A stretch of 64,000 bases of DNA from an uncultured Hyphomicrobiales bacterium (lineage in GTDB: Bacteria > Pseudomonadota > Alphaproteobacteria > Rhizobiales > Beijerinckiaceae), in contig CAIZEI010000061.1 of assembly GCA_903931945.1 (NCBI GenBank), positions 2,994-66,993 on the forward strand. Reading direction: 5' to 3'. Both the position numbers and the translations under genes were made by a program. The notes under the pieces are model-generated. The model did no database searches and was not told the origin of the DNA. It worked only from the letters and a program-made list of their open reading frames with translations. Position 1 is the stretch's first letter. The number at the start of each line of letters is the position of its first letter. Shown in pieces: positions 50,281 to 61,360 of this stretch.

Positions 50281-52407
50281 TCACGCGACCGTTTGATCCG
50301 CCTGCGCCGCGACAAAGCCCCCGGCGGACGCCGCGCTCAGCGTAATCTTGCGCTGATGGAACGCGTTCAGCGTCGAGCGGTGTCCGATCGAGATAATGGT
50401 GGCCTCAGGCAGTTTTTCGGCAAACGAGCGATAGAGCGCCGCTTCGCTGTCTTCATCGAGCGCGGCTGTCGCCTCGTCAAGGAATAGCCAATCGGGCTTC
50501 GCGAGCAGGGCTCGCGCGACGGCAAGCCGCTGCTGTTCGCCGCCTGACAATCGCATCGACCAATTGTCTTCTTCGTCAAGGCGCGTTGTGAAGGCGCCGA
50601 GCAGGGCCGCTTCAAGCGCCGCGCGGATCGTGGCATCGTCATAGGCTGCGGCATCTGCGGGATAGGCGACCGCCGCGCGCAGCGAGCCAATGGGAATGTA
50701 GGGCTTTTGCGGCAGCAGCATGACTCGCGCCCCGGCGGGGATGCTCACAGATCCTTTGCCATTCGGCCAGAGGCCCGCAATGGCGCGGAACAAAGTTGAT
50801 TTGCCGGAGCCCGAGGGGCCTGAAACCAGGGTGGCCTGATGCACAGGAATTTCAAACGAGGAATCGGCGATGATCGCGCGCCCGTCCGCAAGGCCCAGCG
50901 CGAGATGAGAGACAGAAACGCCGCCATTTGTCGATGGGAGAAGCGCGATGGGCGGCGACGCCTCCAGCGCGTGGGCTTTGTCAATTTGTTCGTCAAAGCC
51001 GGTGAGACGGTCGAGCACGGCTTTGAAGTCCGCAATCGAGCCATAATAATTCACGAAAAACTTGAGCGCGCTTTCAACCGTCGAAAAGGCCTGCGCGGTC
51101 TGGTTGAGGACGCCGAACTGGATTTTGCCGATGAAGTAGAACGGAGCAGCGACAATGTAGGGGATATAGCCGCTGAGCTGCCCGTACAGGATTACGAAGG
51201 CGTTGATTTTCTTGCGCACTTGCGTGATGGCGAGAAAGTTGTCGAAAATTCGGGTGAAACGCCCCATGGCGTTTTTGGTTTCCGTTGTCTCGCCTTTCAG
51301 CAGGGCGACCTGCTCGGAATATTCGCGCACACGGGCCAATGAAAAGCGGAAATCCGCTTCATATTTCTGGTGGGTGAATTGCAAGCCCGCCAGAGATCGG
51401 CCAATGGCGTGCGTGATGAACGTTCCCAACGTTGCATAGACCAGCGCTACCCAGAACAGCAGTCCCGGTACGGCAATTTCAAGTCGCGGGATGGTGAATT
51501 CCGCCGACAGGCTCCACAAGATGATGGAATAGGACACCAGCGAGGACAGCGTTGAAATCAGCAGATTGGAAAACGAATAGACGCCATAGCCGCTCTGGTT
51601 GCCGCCGCCAAAACCGCCGCCATCGATGAAGCGGTTCACGTCTTCAGAAATACGTTGATCCGGGTTATCGCTGCCGCCAGCCTGCAGGCTCATTCTGTAA
51701 TGCGTCGCGCCATTGAGCCAGCGCTTGAGGTAATAGCCTGTGAGGCAGCGGCGCCAGCGGATCGTCAGCATGGCCTGAACGACAATCTCGATCAGCGCCA
51801 GCACGATAAAGACAAAAATCCAGAGCGGCAGAACCGTGAGCAAAATGCGCCAGAACGTTGAGGCGTCCTTGGATTGCAGCGCGGTGAAAAAATCACGTCC
51901 CACAAACGAAAGGCGTACGTCAATGGCGACCTGCGCCTGATTGATCAGCACGAGAAATACAACCATCGAGGCGCCAAGCGTATTCTCTGCGCATTGGAAC
52001 CGGGGCAGGGGCCAAATTCGGGCCGAGGTTCGCGCCGCCGATTGAAAGAAATGATCCGAAATGCCGGATATCGAGCGAACAACCCTGATGTGCGAGACTG
52101 CGAAAGTCGCGGTCGAGAACATCGCCACAGTTAACGCGAGCGTGGTCGGAAGTTGATACTCTTGCAGCGAGTCCGGCCAGTAGCCCGCATCGCCGAGCAA
52201 TGAAAGTCCGCCGAAGATGACCGTCTCGGTTGAAAATATCGCCACAAAAATTTTCAGGAATGTCGAAATGCCCGCCGACCGGAATGTCGAATAGGCGCAG
52301 ACTAGCGCGAAGCCCGCCAGCAACGCGGCCGACGATTCGCCCGATTTGACGTAGACGAGCAGGGAGACGCCGGCGAGTGCGGCGACTGCGAGGCTGAGAG
52401 CTTTCAT
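50281..52407 (-). CDS. Fused ABC permease/ATPase, YddA/BclA (SbmA-BacA-like TMD) type
   Basis: DNPDQRISED, EADFRFSLARVREYSEQVA, GPSGSGKS, LSGGEQQR, LFLDEAT, ISIGHR. Confidence 0.9.
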   Translation of the reverse strand: MKALSLAVAALAGVSLLVYVKSGESSAALLAGFALVCAYSTFRSAGISTFLKIFVAIFSTETVIFGGLSLLGDAGYWPDSLQEYQLPTTLALTVAMFSTATFAVSHIRVVRSISGISDHFFQSAARTSARIWPLPRFQCAENTLGASMVVFLVLINQAQVAIDVRLSFVGRDFFTALQSKDASTFWRILLTVLPLWIFVFIVLALIEIVVQAMLTIRWRRCLTGYYLKRWLNGATHYRMSLQAGGSDNPDQRISEDVNRFIDGGGFGGGNQSGYGVYSFSNLLISTLSSLVSYSIILWSLSAEFTIPRLEIAVPGLLFWVALVYATLGTFITHAIGRSLAGLQFTHQKYEADFRFSLARVREYSEQVALLKGETTETKNAMGRFTRIFDNFLAITQVRKKINAFVILYGQLSGYIPYIVAAPFYFIGKIQFGVLNQTAQAFSTVESALKFFVNYYGSIADFKAVLDRLTGFDEQIDKAHALEASPPIALLPSTNGGVSVSHLALGLADGRAIIADSSFEIPVHQATLVSGPSGSGKSTLFRAIAGLWPNGKGSVSIPAGARVMLLPQKPYIPIGSLRAAVAYPADAAAYDDATIRAALEAALLGAFTTRLDEEDNWSMRLSGGEQQRLAVARALLAKPDWLFLDEATAALDEDSEAALYRSFAEKLPEATIISIGHRSTLNAFHQRKITLSAASAGGFVAAQADQTVA

Positions 52408-52513
52408 GGGGCGTCCTGAAGGCAGAATATCCGATTCCCCGGATGTTTAGCACAGCCCGCCCGGCAAGCCATTCCCGTCTGGCGCCTTCAGCCCTGAAAT
52501 CTAAATGGACCGA

Positions 52514-52855
52514 TCAAACAGAAAAACTAGTCCCGCAACCGCAAGACGCTGTTGCATTCGGGTTTTCGATCTTGAAGGATTGACCGATCAAACCATCCAC
52601 AAAGTCGATCTTCGCCCCTTGCAGGAATTCCAGCGACACCGGATCCACAAGGACAATCGCGCCATCGCGCGCGATCACGAGGTCGTCCTCCGTTTTGGCC
52701 GTCTCGATGTCGAAGGCGTATTGAAAGCCCGAACAGCCCCCGCCATTCACGGCGACGCGCAACATCGATCCCTCCGGCTCCCGGCTCAGCACCTGCGCGA
52801 TGCGTTTTGCGGCGCGATCTGTGACGCTGAAGGTATGCTCTGCCGAAGTGCCCAT
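52514..52855 (-). CDS. erpA: A-type Fe-S carrier, ErpA/IscA
   Basis: LRVAVNGGGCSGFQY; NPNATASCGCGTSF. Confidence 0.9.
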   Translation of the reverse strand: MGTSAEHTFSVTDRAAKRIAQVLSREPEGSMLRVAVNGGGCSGFQYAFDIETAKTEDDLVIARDGAIVLVDPVSLEFLQGAKIDFVDGLIGQSFKIENPNATASCGCGTSFSV

Positions 52856-52930
52856 CTCTTGCCTCGCTGACGCCTGCAGATATAAGTCTGCCGCCGCCGT
52901 CTTACAACCGGCGAGGCGGCGGAGACCGTC

Positions 52931-54172
52931 ATGCCGCCGCACGCGCCCAGAAATCCCGCAGCCTACGTGAACCGCGCCGTATACGCTGCGGACCCCGACG
53001 TCTCGCGGGGCCGCGTTGTGGCGGAGCCGGGTTCGCCGACGCGAACCGAGTTTCAGCGCGACCGTGACCGGATCATTCATTCCACCGCCTTCCGACGGCT
53101 CGCCCACAAAACGCAGGTCTTTGTGCCGCATGAGGGCGATCACTATCGCACCCGCCTGACCCATACGATCGAGGTTGGTCAGATTGCACGCGCCCTTTCA
53201 CGCGCTCTCGGGCTCGATGAAGACCTTGCGGAGGCGCTCGCGCTCGCGCACGACCTGGGCCATACGCCGTTCGGCCATACGGGCGAGGATGCGCTGGACG
53301 CGGCCATGACGGGATGGGGCGGATTTGACCACAATGCGCAGGCTTTGCGGATCGTCACACGGCTGGAGCGGCGTTACGCCGGCTTTGACGGGCTCAATCT
53401 GGTTTGGGAAACGCTGGAGGGCCTCGTCAAACACAACGGGCCCCTCCTGTCGCGCGGAGGCGAACCGCTGGAACGCTACGCCAAAAAGGGCATCCCCCTG
53501 GCGATCCAGGACTATGACGCCGTGCAATGTCTCGAACTCCGGACTTTCGCCAGCGCCGAGGCGCAATCGGCGGCGGTCGCGGACGACATTGCCTATAACG
53601 CCCATGATATTGACGACGGTCTGCGCAATGGATTGTTCGAGTTTGCCGATCTGCGCGAAGTTGATTTTTTGCGTGCGCTGCTCGATGAGATTGAAAACCG
53701 TCATCCCGGCCTCGACAAGGCCCGCCACATCAATGAACTCGTGCGGCGGATCATTACGCGCTTTGTTGAAGACGTGATCTCCGAAAGCCGGCGGCGCCTG
53801 CTGGAGGCGGCGCCCGAAAACAGCGCTGCGGTGCGCGCGCAAACGCATGCGCTGGTCGAATTTTCGCCCGGCATGGCGGCAGTTGACAAGGCTCTGAAGG
53901 GTTTCCTCTATCCGCGCATGTATCGCCACGAGCGCGTGATGAAAGTCCGCCACGAGGCGTCCGGCGTTGTGACGCGACTATTCGAACGCTTTATTGTAGC
54001 GCCGGACCAAATGCCGCTGGAATGGTCGGTTCAGGCCGAGGCCGCCGCCCGCAGCGCAGGAGGCGAGGCGCGCTTTTGCCGGATTGTCTGCGATTATATC
54101 GCCGGAATGACCGACCGCTATGCACTCGCTGAACACCGGCGGCTGTTTGGCCAGGCGCCGGAATTGCGATAG
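52931..54172 (+). CDS. dgt: dGTP triphosphohydrolase
   Basis: [37 protein letters not shown] (HD), [13 protein letters not shown]. Confidence 0.95.
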   Translation: MPPHAPRNPAAYVNRAVYAADPDVSRGRVVAEPGSPTRTEFQRDRDRIIHSTAFRRLAHKTQVFVPHEGDHYRTRLTHTIEVGQIARALSRALGLDEDLAEALALAHDLGHTPFGHTGEDALDAAMTGWGGFDHNAQALRIVTRLERRYAGFDGLNLVWETLEGLVKHNGPLLSRGGEPLERYAKKGIPLAIQDYDAVQCLELRTFASAEAQSAAVADDIAYNAHDIDDGLRNGLFEFADLREVDFLRALLDEIENRHPGLDKARHINELVRRIITRFVEDVISESRRRLLEAAPENSAAVRAQTHALVEFSPGMAAVDKALKGFLYPRMYRHERVMKVRHEASGVVTRLFERFIVAPDQMPLEWSVQAEAAARSAGGEARFCRIVCDYIAGMTDRYALAEHRRLFGQAPELR

Positions 54173-54287
54173 ACGCGCTTTTTCGTCACAGCGTCGCCCG
54201 CTTTCGAAACTACCTCGTCCTGCGAACCAGCCTCGGCCCGCGCATGGAAATGACGCAATTCCGCAGCCGCAGCATCGGCCGCGTCGC

Positions 54288-54313
54288 TTCAGCCTTTTGA
54301 CCTGAAGGCTGAA
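54288..54313. other. Perfect 9-bp hairpin between dgt and argS
   Basis: TTCAGCCTT-N8-AAGGCTGAA. Confidence 0.5.
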
Positions 54314-54350
54314 TGGCGGTATCCCGCGCGCACACAACGGATGGATAGAA

Positions 54351-56123
54351 ATGAATATATTCGCGGATTTTCAGGCGCGGATTGGCGCGATTGTGCAAGG
54401 ACTCATGGATAGCGGGCGCCTGCCTGCCGATCTTGATCTGGCTCGATTTACGGTCGAGCCGCCGCGCGAGGCGAGCCATGGCGATCTGGCGACCAATGTG
54501 GCGATGGTCTACGCCAGGGACGCAAAGCCGCATTTTTCAAATCCGCGCCAGATGGCGTCTGAAATCTGTTTTGCGTTGGCGGCGGATCCCGATGTGGCGC
54601 AAGCGGAAACCGCCGGTCCTGGCTTCATCAACATCCGTCTCGCCCCGAAGGTCTTTGTCGATGTGCTGCGCGCATCCATCGAGGCTGGCGGCGAATATGG
54701 ACGCGGCGCCCGCACTGCAACGAAAATGAACGTCGAATATGTCTCGGCCAACCCCACAGGGCCGATGCATGTCGGCCATGGTCGCGGCGCTGTTTTTGGC
54801 GATGCGCTCGCCAATCTGCTTGATTTTGCCGGCGCCGATGTCACGCGCGAATATTACATCAATGACGCCGGCGCGCAGGTCGATGTTCTCGCGCGCTCGG
54901 CCTTTCTGCGGTATCGCGAGGCGCTCGGCGAACATATCGGCGCCATTCCCGAAGGGCTCTATCCCGGCGATTATCTCAAACCGGCGGGCGCGGCGCTGGC
55001 CAGGGAAGTCGGCGCTTCGCTGCTCGGCAAGCCAGAGGGCGAATGGCTGGAAACCGTTCGCACGCAGGCCATTGCCGCCATGATGGCGATGATCCGGGAG
55101 GATCTTGCGGCGCTCAAGGTCGAGCATCAGGTGTTTTTTTCCGAGCGCAGCCTTCATAAGCGTGTCCATGGCGTGTCGGATATAGACCGGCAGGTCGCCG
55201 ATTTGCGTGCGCGCGGTTTGGTCTATGAAGGACGGTTGCCGCCGCCCAAAGGGCAGTTGCCGGACGACTGGGAAGACCGCGAGCAGACGTTGTTCCGCTC
55301 CAGCGAATATGGCGACGATGTGGACCGCCCGCTGATGAAAAGCGATGGCGCCTATACCTATTTCGCCAGCGACATCGCCTACCACAAATCCAAGATCGAT
55401 CGGGGCTTTCTGGAGATGATCGATGTCTGGGGCGCCGATCACGGCGGCTATGTCAAACGCATGACAGCCGCCGTGAAAGCCATTTCGGACGGGAAAGCGA
55501 ACCTCGACGTGCGGCTGTGTCAGCTTGTGCGCCTCGTTCGCGACGGCGTTGAAGTCAAAATGTCCAAGCGCGGCGGGACCTTTGTAACCTTGCGCGAAGT
55601 CGTCGACGAAGTCGGCGCCGACGCAGTGCGCTTCATGATGCTGTTCCGCAAAAATGACGCCATGCTGGACTTCGATCTGGCGAAAGTCATCGAACAATCG
55701 AAAGACAATCCGGTTTTCTACGTCCAATACGCCCATGCCCGGGCAAAATCGATTTTTCGTCAGGCGGCAAGCACATTTGCCGGGATCGATCTTTCGGGCG
55801 CGGCGCTGGCGCAGGCCGACCTTGCGGTTTTGCGGGACGAAGGCGAGCTTGAGCTCATCAAGATGATCGCCCAGTATCCGCGCCAGATTGAAGCTGCGGC
55901 GCAGGCGCGCGAGCCGCACAGGATTGCATTTTTCCTGCATGAACTGGCCAGCGCGTTTCACTCACACTGGAATCGCGGCAAAGATTCTCCACAATTACGG
56001 TTCGTTAATGAAGAAAGAGGAGATTTATCGAAGGCGCGGCTGGCGTTGGTGTTTTCGTTAACGTCGGTCATCGCGTCCGGTTTGTCGATTCTAGGTGTTG
56101 CGGCGCCGGATGAAATGCGCTGA
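54351..56123 (+). CDS. argS: Arginine-tRNA ligase
   Basis: [36 protein letters not shown]. Confidence 0.97.
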   Translation: MNIFADFQARIGAIVQGLMDSGRLPADLDLARFTVEPPREASHGDLATNVAMVYARDAKPHFSNPRQMASEICFALAADPDVAQAETAGPGFINIRLAPKVFVDVLRASIEAGGEYGRGARTATKMNVEYVSANPTGPMHVGHGRGAVFGDALANLLDFAGADVTREYYINDAGAQVDVLARSAFLRYREALGEHIGAIPEGLYPGDYLKPAGAALAREVGASLLGKPEGEWLETVRTQAIAAMMAMIREDLAALKVEHQVFFSERSLHKRVHGVSDIDRQVADLRARGLVYEGRLPPPKGQLPDDWEDREQTLFRSSEYGDDVDRPLMKSDGAYTYFASDIAYHKSKIDRGFLEMIDVWGADHGGYVKRMTAAVKAISDGKANLDVRLCQLVRLVRDGVEVKMSKRGGTFVTLREVVDEVGADAVRFMMLFRKNDAMLDFDLAKVIEQSKDNPVFYVQYAHARAKSIFRQAASTFAGIDLSGAALAQADLAVLRDEGELELIKMIAQYPRQIEAAAQAREPHRIAFFLHELASAFHSHWNRGKDSPQLRFVNEERGDLSKARLALVFSLTSVIASGLSILGVAAPDEMR

Positions 56124-56226
56124 GTTTGCTGCGGAATTTGAAGGCGGCGGGCTCAGCTTCTGATTTTTCTGGCGGTCTCGGGGCGAATCCGGGCCGGGCT
56201 GGATCGATCGTAATGCGAGGCAAGTC

Positions 56227-57762
56227 ATGAGTGAGTCCCCCAACAAGTTCCGTCCGCCCATTGATATTGAAGAGTTCGAGCGGCGTATTCACGCTCCCGG
56301 CGATCATGACGACAGCGCTGTCGATCCCCTGGAGGAACTCGCGCGCCTCGTTGACGCCGGCTCTCCGCCGCCCCGTTTGTCTCCCGCTCCGGCGCCGGCG
56401 CGCGCGTCCGAACCTGCAGCTGTGGCCGCCAGCCCGTTCCGTCGTCCGCTGGCGCCCGTCGCCGCGCCCAAGCCTCCGGCGACGGAGAGCTGGGACACCG
56501 AGCTTGAGGATTGGGAAGAACAACTGCGGGGGCTCTCGGCGCCCGTAGCGCCTGCGCCAGTGGAAACCAGGCGGCCTGCGCAGGCGTGGACGCCTGTCGC
56601 CGCTCCTCCGACGCCCGCGCCTGCCACGACCGATTTTAATGATTTCGATGATTTCACCGATGAGGCGTCCAGCCCGTTTCAACCTGTCCACCAAGCCGGC
56701 CATGCGAGCGAAGTCCGGCAGGGCGCCGACGAAAAGTCGCGTGAATCCTATCATGCCGGGACAGAGGCTGGCGAAGCTGATCCCTATCCGCGCCCGTGGC
56801 GGCGAGAGGCCGATGCCGAGGCGGCGCAGGATTACCAGAGCAGCGACGCCGCTCCGAACCGGCGCAAGCCGCTTTTGTTTGCAGGCGTCGGGGTCATCGG
56901 GTTTCTGGCTCTGGCGGGCGGTGGATGGGCGTTGATGAGCGCGGCTGGCGTCAGGAAAACGCCGCCGACAATCCTCGCCAGCGGCGATCCCGCCAAGGTT
57001 CAGCCGGCCACGGCTGTCGCCGATCAGGGCGGCGCGCCGGCTGGCGGCATATTCGATCGGAGAGGCGACGCAATTGCCTCAAGCAAGGTTGTGAACAATC
57101 AGGAACAGCCCGTCGATCTCCGCGCGCCAATTGCGCCTCCCTCTTCTGACGTTTCCGGCTCGGGGACGGCCCAGCCTTCCACGTCGCCAGGAGGCGGCTA
57201 TTTCCCGACGCCCAAGCGCGTCAAGACTGTTCCTGTGCGTCCTGACGGTTCGCTGATCGAGCCCGATGCGCCTCCACCACGCGTGGCGGCCCCGTCCACC
57301 CCGACGCATGTCGAGTCTCCCGTCGCTCAGTCGACTGCGACGCCCAAGGTCGCCGCGCCTAAGACAACGACCCGTGTCGCGGTCGCCGCAAAAAATGACA
57401 ACGCCCGAACCGACACCGAGGTCGCTCCGGCGACTCCGCACGCCAAACCTGCGCCGGTCGCGCCGCCCGTCGCCAAACCGGCCAGGGTCGCGACGAGCGA
57501 ACCGGTTGGATCGATTGGCGGCGGGTTCGCTGTTCAATTCGCTGCCGCTGGCAGCGATGCGGAAGCGCGGGACAGGGTCAATAAGGTGCAGTCGCAATTT
57601 GGTTCAGCGCTTGGCGGTCGCAAGGCCGGCGTGGTGCGCGGCGAGGCGAATGGCAATACCGTTTACCGCGTCCGCGTCAGCGGTCTTTCAAAGGACAGCG
57701 CGGTTGCTCTTTGCGGGAAGGTCAAGGAAAATGGCGGGACATGTTTTGTCGCCGGCAATTGA
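56227..57762 (+). CDS. SPOR-domain cell division protein (FtsN-like)
   Basis: DPLEELARLV N-terminus, disordered acidic region, single TM, Pro-rich linker, C-terminal FAVQFAA...YRVRV...LCGKVKENGGTCFV. Confidence 0.88.
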   Translation: MSESPNKFRPPIDIEEFERRIHAPGDHDDSAVDPLEELARLVDAGSPPPRLSPAPAPARASEPAAVAASPFRRPLAPVAAPKPPATESWDTELEDWEEQLRGLSAPVAPAPVETRRPAQAWTPVAAPPTPAPATTDFNDFDDFTDEASSPFQPVHQAGHASEVRQGADEKSRESYHAGTEAGEADPYPRPWRREADAEAAQDYQSSDAAPNRRKPLLFAGVGVIGFLALAGGGWALMSAAGVRKTPPTILASGDPAKVQPATAVADQGGAPAGGIFDRRGDAIASSKVVNNQEQPVDLRAPIAPPSSDVSGSGTAQPSTSPGGGYFPTPKRVKTVPVRPDGSLIEPDAPPPRVAAPSTPTHVESPVAQSTATPKVAAPKTTTRVAVAAKNDNARTDTEVAPATPHAKPAPVAPPVAKPARVATSEPVGSIGGGFAVQFAAAGSDAEARDRVNKVQSQFGSALGGRKAGVVRGEANGNTVYRVRVSGLSKDSAVALCGKVKENGGTCFVAGN

Positions 57763-57794
57763 CAGCTTTTGTGGTCACTTGTGCGATGTTCTGA

Positions 57795-58808
57795 ATGACT
57801 GACGCCAAAGCCTTCATCTGCGGATGCGCCGGAACGTCGCTTTCTGCAGGTGAAATCGATTTCATTCGATTGCACCGGCCCTGGGGGCTGATCCTGTTCC
57901 GGCGGAATATTTCCACGCCTGAAGCGCTCGCCGCGCTGACGGCGTCGTTCCGCGAAATTTCGCACCGCGGGAATGCGCCTGTTCTGATCGATCAGGAAGG
58001 CGGGCGTGTGCAGCGCATGGGACCGCCTTTCTGGCCCAAATACCCCCCCGCAGCGGTCTTTGAGCGGCGCCAGGGGGGCGATGGCGCTGCGGTCGCGGCC
58101 CTTGCCGCGCGACTCATGGCCACCGACCTCCGGGTTGCGGGGATCAATGTGAATTGCCTGCCAGTGCTAGATGTCCCGGCGCCCGATGGCGATCGAATCA
58201 TCGGCGATCGCGCCTATGGCGCAACGCCGCAGACCGTCGCCCGGTACGGGCGAGCGGTCGCCGAGGCCATGCTCGCAGGCGGCGTTCTGCCGGTCATCAA
58301 ACATATGCCAGGCCACGGTCGGGCAAGGTGCGACAGCCATCTTGCATTGCCGGTCGTCACGGCGAGCCGTTCGGAACTTGAAGCCACGGATTTTGCGCCG
58401 TTTCGCGCCATGGCGGATATGCCGCTCGGGATGACCGCGCATGTTGTCTACACCGCGCTCGACGCGACCGCCCCAGCCACAGTCTCGCCGATTGTCGTTG
58501 GCGACATTATCCGGGGCTCTATCGGGTTTGACGGCTTGTTGATGAGCGACGACCTCTCGATGAAGGCGCTCGGCGGCGGATTTGGCGAACGCGCCGGCGC
58601 AGCCTTCGCCGCAGGACTCGACATGGTTTTGCATTGCAATGGCGATCCGGACGAAGCCCAGGCTGTCGCCGAAGCTTCGCCCATTTTGGGCGGAAAGGCT
58701 CTGGAACGGGCGGAAAAGGCGTTGAAACGGCTTTCCGGACCGCTGGAGGCCTTCGATCCTGTGGATGCCCGCGCAAAACTCGACTTGGCGCTTGCTGCGC
58801 TGGCCTAG
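57795..58808 (+). CDS. nagZ: Beta-N-acetylhexosaminidase (GH3)
   Basis: IDQEGGRVQR, KHMPGHGRARCDSH, MTAHV, LMSDDL. Confidence 0.95.
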   Translation: MTDAKAFICGCAGTSLSAGEIDFIRLHRPWGLILFRRNISTPEALAALTASFREISHRGNAPVLIDQEGGRVQRMGPPFWPKYPPAAVFERRQGGDGAAVAALAARLMATDLRVAGINVNCLPVLDVPAPDGDRIIGDRAYGATPQTVARYGRAVAEAMLAGGVLPVIKHMPGHGRARCDSHLALPVVTASRSELEATDFAPFRAMADMPLGMTAHVVYTALDATAPATVSPIVVGDIIRGSIGFDGLLMSDDLSMKALGGGFGERAGAAFAAGLDMVLHCNGDPDEAQAVAEASPILGGKALERAEKALKRLSGPLEAFDPVDARAKLDLALAALA

Positions 58809-58861
58809 AGAGTTCATTCCTTCCCACCCTGTCAGGATATCTGGCGCGTGGAGAGCGATTC

Positions 58862-59674
58862 GTGACGCAGGAGCTTGCCTTCGAGGACTCAGAAGGGGTG
58901 GACCGGGGCCTTTCCGAACCGTCGTTCCTGGTCGATATCGATGGTTTTGAAGGCCCGCTCGATCTGCTTCTTGAGCTTGCGCGGCGCCAGAAAGTCGATC
59001 TCCACAAAATTTCGATTCTGGCGCTTGCCGATCAATATTTGCTGTTCATTGAGGAAGCGCGGAAGGTTCGCCTCGAACTTGCCGCCGATTACCTCGTCAT
59101 GGCGGCCTGGCTCGCCTATCTGAAATCCCGCCTCCTGCTGCCGGACCCGCCAAAAGGCGCCGAGCCTGTCGCCGCCGATCTCGCAGCCGCGCTGGCCAAC
59201 CGCCTGCGGCGGCTCGAGGCGATTCGTATCGCCGCTGAAAAGCTGATTAACCGGCCGCGTCTGGGGCGAGATATTTTTCCGAATGGCGCGCCTGAAGGGG
59301 TGGAAGTGCTGCGCCGCCCGCTGTTCAAGGTCTCGTTGCATGATTTATTGACGGCTTACGCCAGGCAGCGTCAGAACACGGCTTTGGCGCGCGTGACCCT
59401 GCCCAAACGCAATGTCTGGTCAATTCCCGAGGCGCGCGATGCGCTCCAGCGATTGGCGGGCATGGTCATGGACTGGACGCAGCTCGACGACTATCTGCTG
59501 CAATATTGCGTTGCGCCGGGAATGCGTCGCACTGTTCGGGCCTCCTCTTTCTCGGCCTCGCTGGAACTTGTGCGTGAGGGGAAAATCGAAATCCGGCAAG
59601 ACCGCGCCTTTTCCCCGATCTGGGTGCGGGGCACAGGAGGGGTGCGGCCCGGTCCTGCGGAGCAGGCGGCCTGA
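58862..59674 (+). CDS. scpA: Segregation/condensation protein A
   Basis: FEGPLDLLLEL, AADYLVMAAWLAYLKSRLLLP. Confidence 0.95.
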   Translation: MTQELAFEDSEGVDRGLSEPSFLVDIDGFEGPLDLLLELARRQKVDLHKISILALADQYLLFIEEARKVRLELAADYLVMAAWLAYLKSRLLLPDPPKGAEPVAADLAAALANRLRRLEAIRIAAEKLINRPRLGRDIFPNGAPEGVEVLRRPLFKVSLHDLLTAYARQRQNTALARVTLPKRNVWSIPEARDALQRLAGMVMDWTQLDDYLLQYCVAPGMRRTVRASSFSASLELVREGKIEIRQDRAFSPIWVRGTGGVRPGPAEQAA

Positions 59675-59713
59675 TCTGTGCGTTGTAATCTGCGTTTGAA
59701 GGCATTTTGAGGA

Positions 59714-60475
59714 GTGGACGTGGCTGATAATGTTGCGCGATTGTTTCCCGCCGAGCTCGATCCTGCCGCACATGCGCGCGAGCAGGCGTTGCGGGAGGCC
59801 GTGCGGATCGCCGAAGCGCTGATCTTCGCCTCCGCCGAGCCGGTCGAAGAGAGTGAAATCGCCAAAAGACTGCCCGATGGCGCGGATTTGCGCGAGGCGA
59901 TGGAGGCGCTGCGGGGCGATTATGCCGATCGCGGCGTCAATCTGGCGCGGGTCAATCACAAATGGATGTTCCGCACCGCCCCCGATCTGGCTTGGTTGCT
60001 GTCGCGCGAGCGGACCGAGCCGCGCAAACTGTCCCGCGCCGCAGTGGAGACGTTGGCGATCATCGCCTATCACCAGCCTGTCACACGCGCTGAAATCGAG
60101 GACATCAGGGGCGTCGCCATTTCCAAAGGCACGCTCGATGTTCTGATCGAGACTGGCTGGGTTCGGTTGCGCGGTCGTCGCAAGGCGCCTGGACGCCCTG
60201 TGACCTATGGCACGAGCGAACCCTTCCTGCTGCATTTCGGTCTTGAGCAAATCACCGATCTGCCGGGACTCGATGAGCTGAAAGGAGCGGGCCTGTTCGA
60301 TGGACAACTGCCGAAGGGATTTGGCGTGCCTCGCCCGCGCGATGACGCAAGCCTGTCCGAAGATGAGGAACCGCTGGAGGAGGGCGCCGCCGACCTTTTC
60401 GACAATTCGGCTATCATTGTTGTCGATGAAGTGGATTGCGACCCCGGTATTCCGGAGGGGCTGGCCGAGGAATAA
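59714..60475 (+). CDS. scpB: Segregation/condensation protein B
   Basis: AEALIFAS, LSRAAVETLAIIAYHQPVTRAEIEDIRGV, GRPVTYGT. Confidence 0.95.
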   Translation: MDVADNVARLFPAELDPAAHAREQALREAVRIAEALIFASAEPVEESEIAKRLPDGADLREAMEALRGDYADRGVNLARVNHKWMFRTAPDLAWLLSRERTEPRKLSRAAVETLAIIAYHQPVTRAEIEDIRGVAISKGTLDVLIETGWVRLRGRRKAPGRPVTYGTSEPFLLHFGLEQITDLPGLDELKGAGLFDGQLPKGFGVPRPRDDASLSEDEEPLEEGAADLFDNSAIIVVDEVDCDPGIPEGLAEE

Positions 60476-60608
60476 CCGCTCCGTGGCGTCAACCGCCGCG
60501 GCAGATCGCGCACGTCCCAACGCACCGCTTGTTTTTATGACCGCTAGCGAATAGGTTCGCCGGATATGGCGCTTTCGGGCGCGGTTCCCCCTAGGGGAGG
60601 ATGGCATT

Positions 60609-60860
60609 ATGGGTAGCTTTTCAATCTGGCATTGGCTCATTGTTGGCGCGATCGTCCTTGTCGTGTTTGGCGGCAAAGGCAAAATCTCGGACATCATGGG
60701 CGATTTTGCCAAAGGCATCAAAGCCTTCAAGAAGGGCCTTGCTGACGAAACGGATACTGCCTCCAAGCCGGCCGCCGATGACGCGGGCAAAACGCTCGAC
60801 CACAGCGCCTCTGCGCCGATGGCCGAAACCAAGGCAGCCGAAACCCGGAAAGCGGGCTGA
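60609..60860 (+). CDS. tatA: Tat translocase TatA
   Basis: [12 protein letters not shown]...FG...[14 protein letters not shown]. Confidence 0.95.
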   Translation: MGSFSIWHWLIVGAIVLVVFGGKGKISDIMGDFAKGIKAFKKGLADETDTASKPAADDAGKTLDHSASAPMAETKAAETRKAG

Positions 60861-60931
60861 TCGCCCCGTGATGCGGGACGCCGGCGTGTTCGCGCGCCTG
60901 GCGTTGACGCCTGGAGACCCGCGGACCCCTT

Positions 60932-61360
60932 ATGTTTGATTTTGACGGCGCAAAGCTCATCATCATCGGCATTGTGATGTTGATCGTGATCAAGCCCAAG
61001 GATTTGCCCGGCGTGATGCGTCAGGTGGGGCAGGCTGTCGCGCAATTGCGCCGGATGGCCGCCGAGTTTCAGGGCCAGTTCCACGAAGCCATGCGGGAAT
61101 CCGAAATGCACGACCTGAAAAAGGACGTGGAAAAGATGACCAGGCTCGATATCGACGGGCTCAATCCACTCGATTCCGTGCGTGGCGACCTGGCGACAGT
61201 GAAGGCGGATATCGACCACCATCTGAATACGCCGGCCTCGCCGTCTGTCGATGCGGAAATTGACGCTGCGGAGGCCGCCCTTAAATCCAGCCCGGCTGCG
61301 CATATCGAGCCTGCGGTCCAGCCAGAGGCCGCGCCAGTGCATGGAACCTCCACGCCATGA
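60932..61360 (+). CDS. tatB: Tat translocase TatB
   Basis: MFDF...LIVIKPKDLP...LRRMAAEF. Confidence 0.93.
   Translation: MFDFDGAKLIIIGIVMLIVIKPKDLPGVMRQVGQAVAQLRRMAAEFQGQFHEAMRESEMHDLKKDVEKMTRLDIDGLNPLDSVRGDLATVKADIDHHLNTPASPSVDAEIDAAEAALKSSPAAHIEPAVQPEAAPVHGTSTP

Noticed and set aside
59420-61342. 640-aa minus-strand ORF (also 54537..55961, 62152..63459, 41429..42349 and other long antisense ORFs)
   Set aside because: They shadow well-supported genes on the opposite strand, as expected in high-GC DNA, and show no recognisable motifs.
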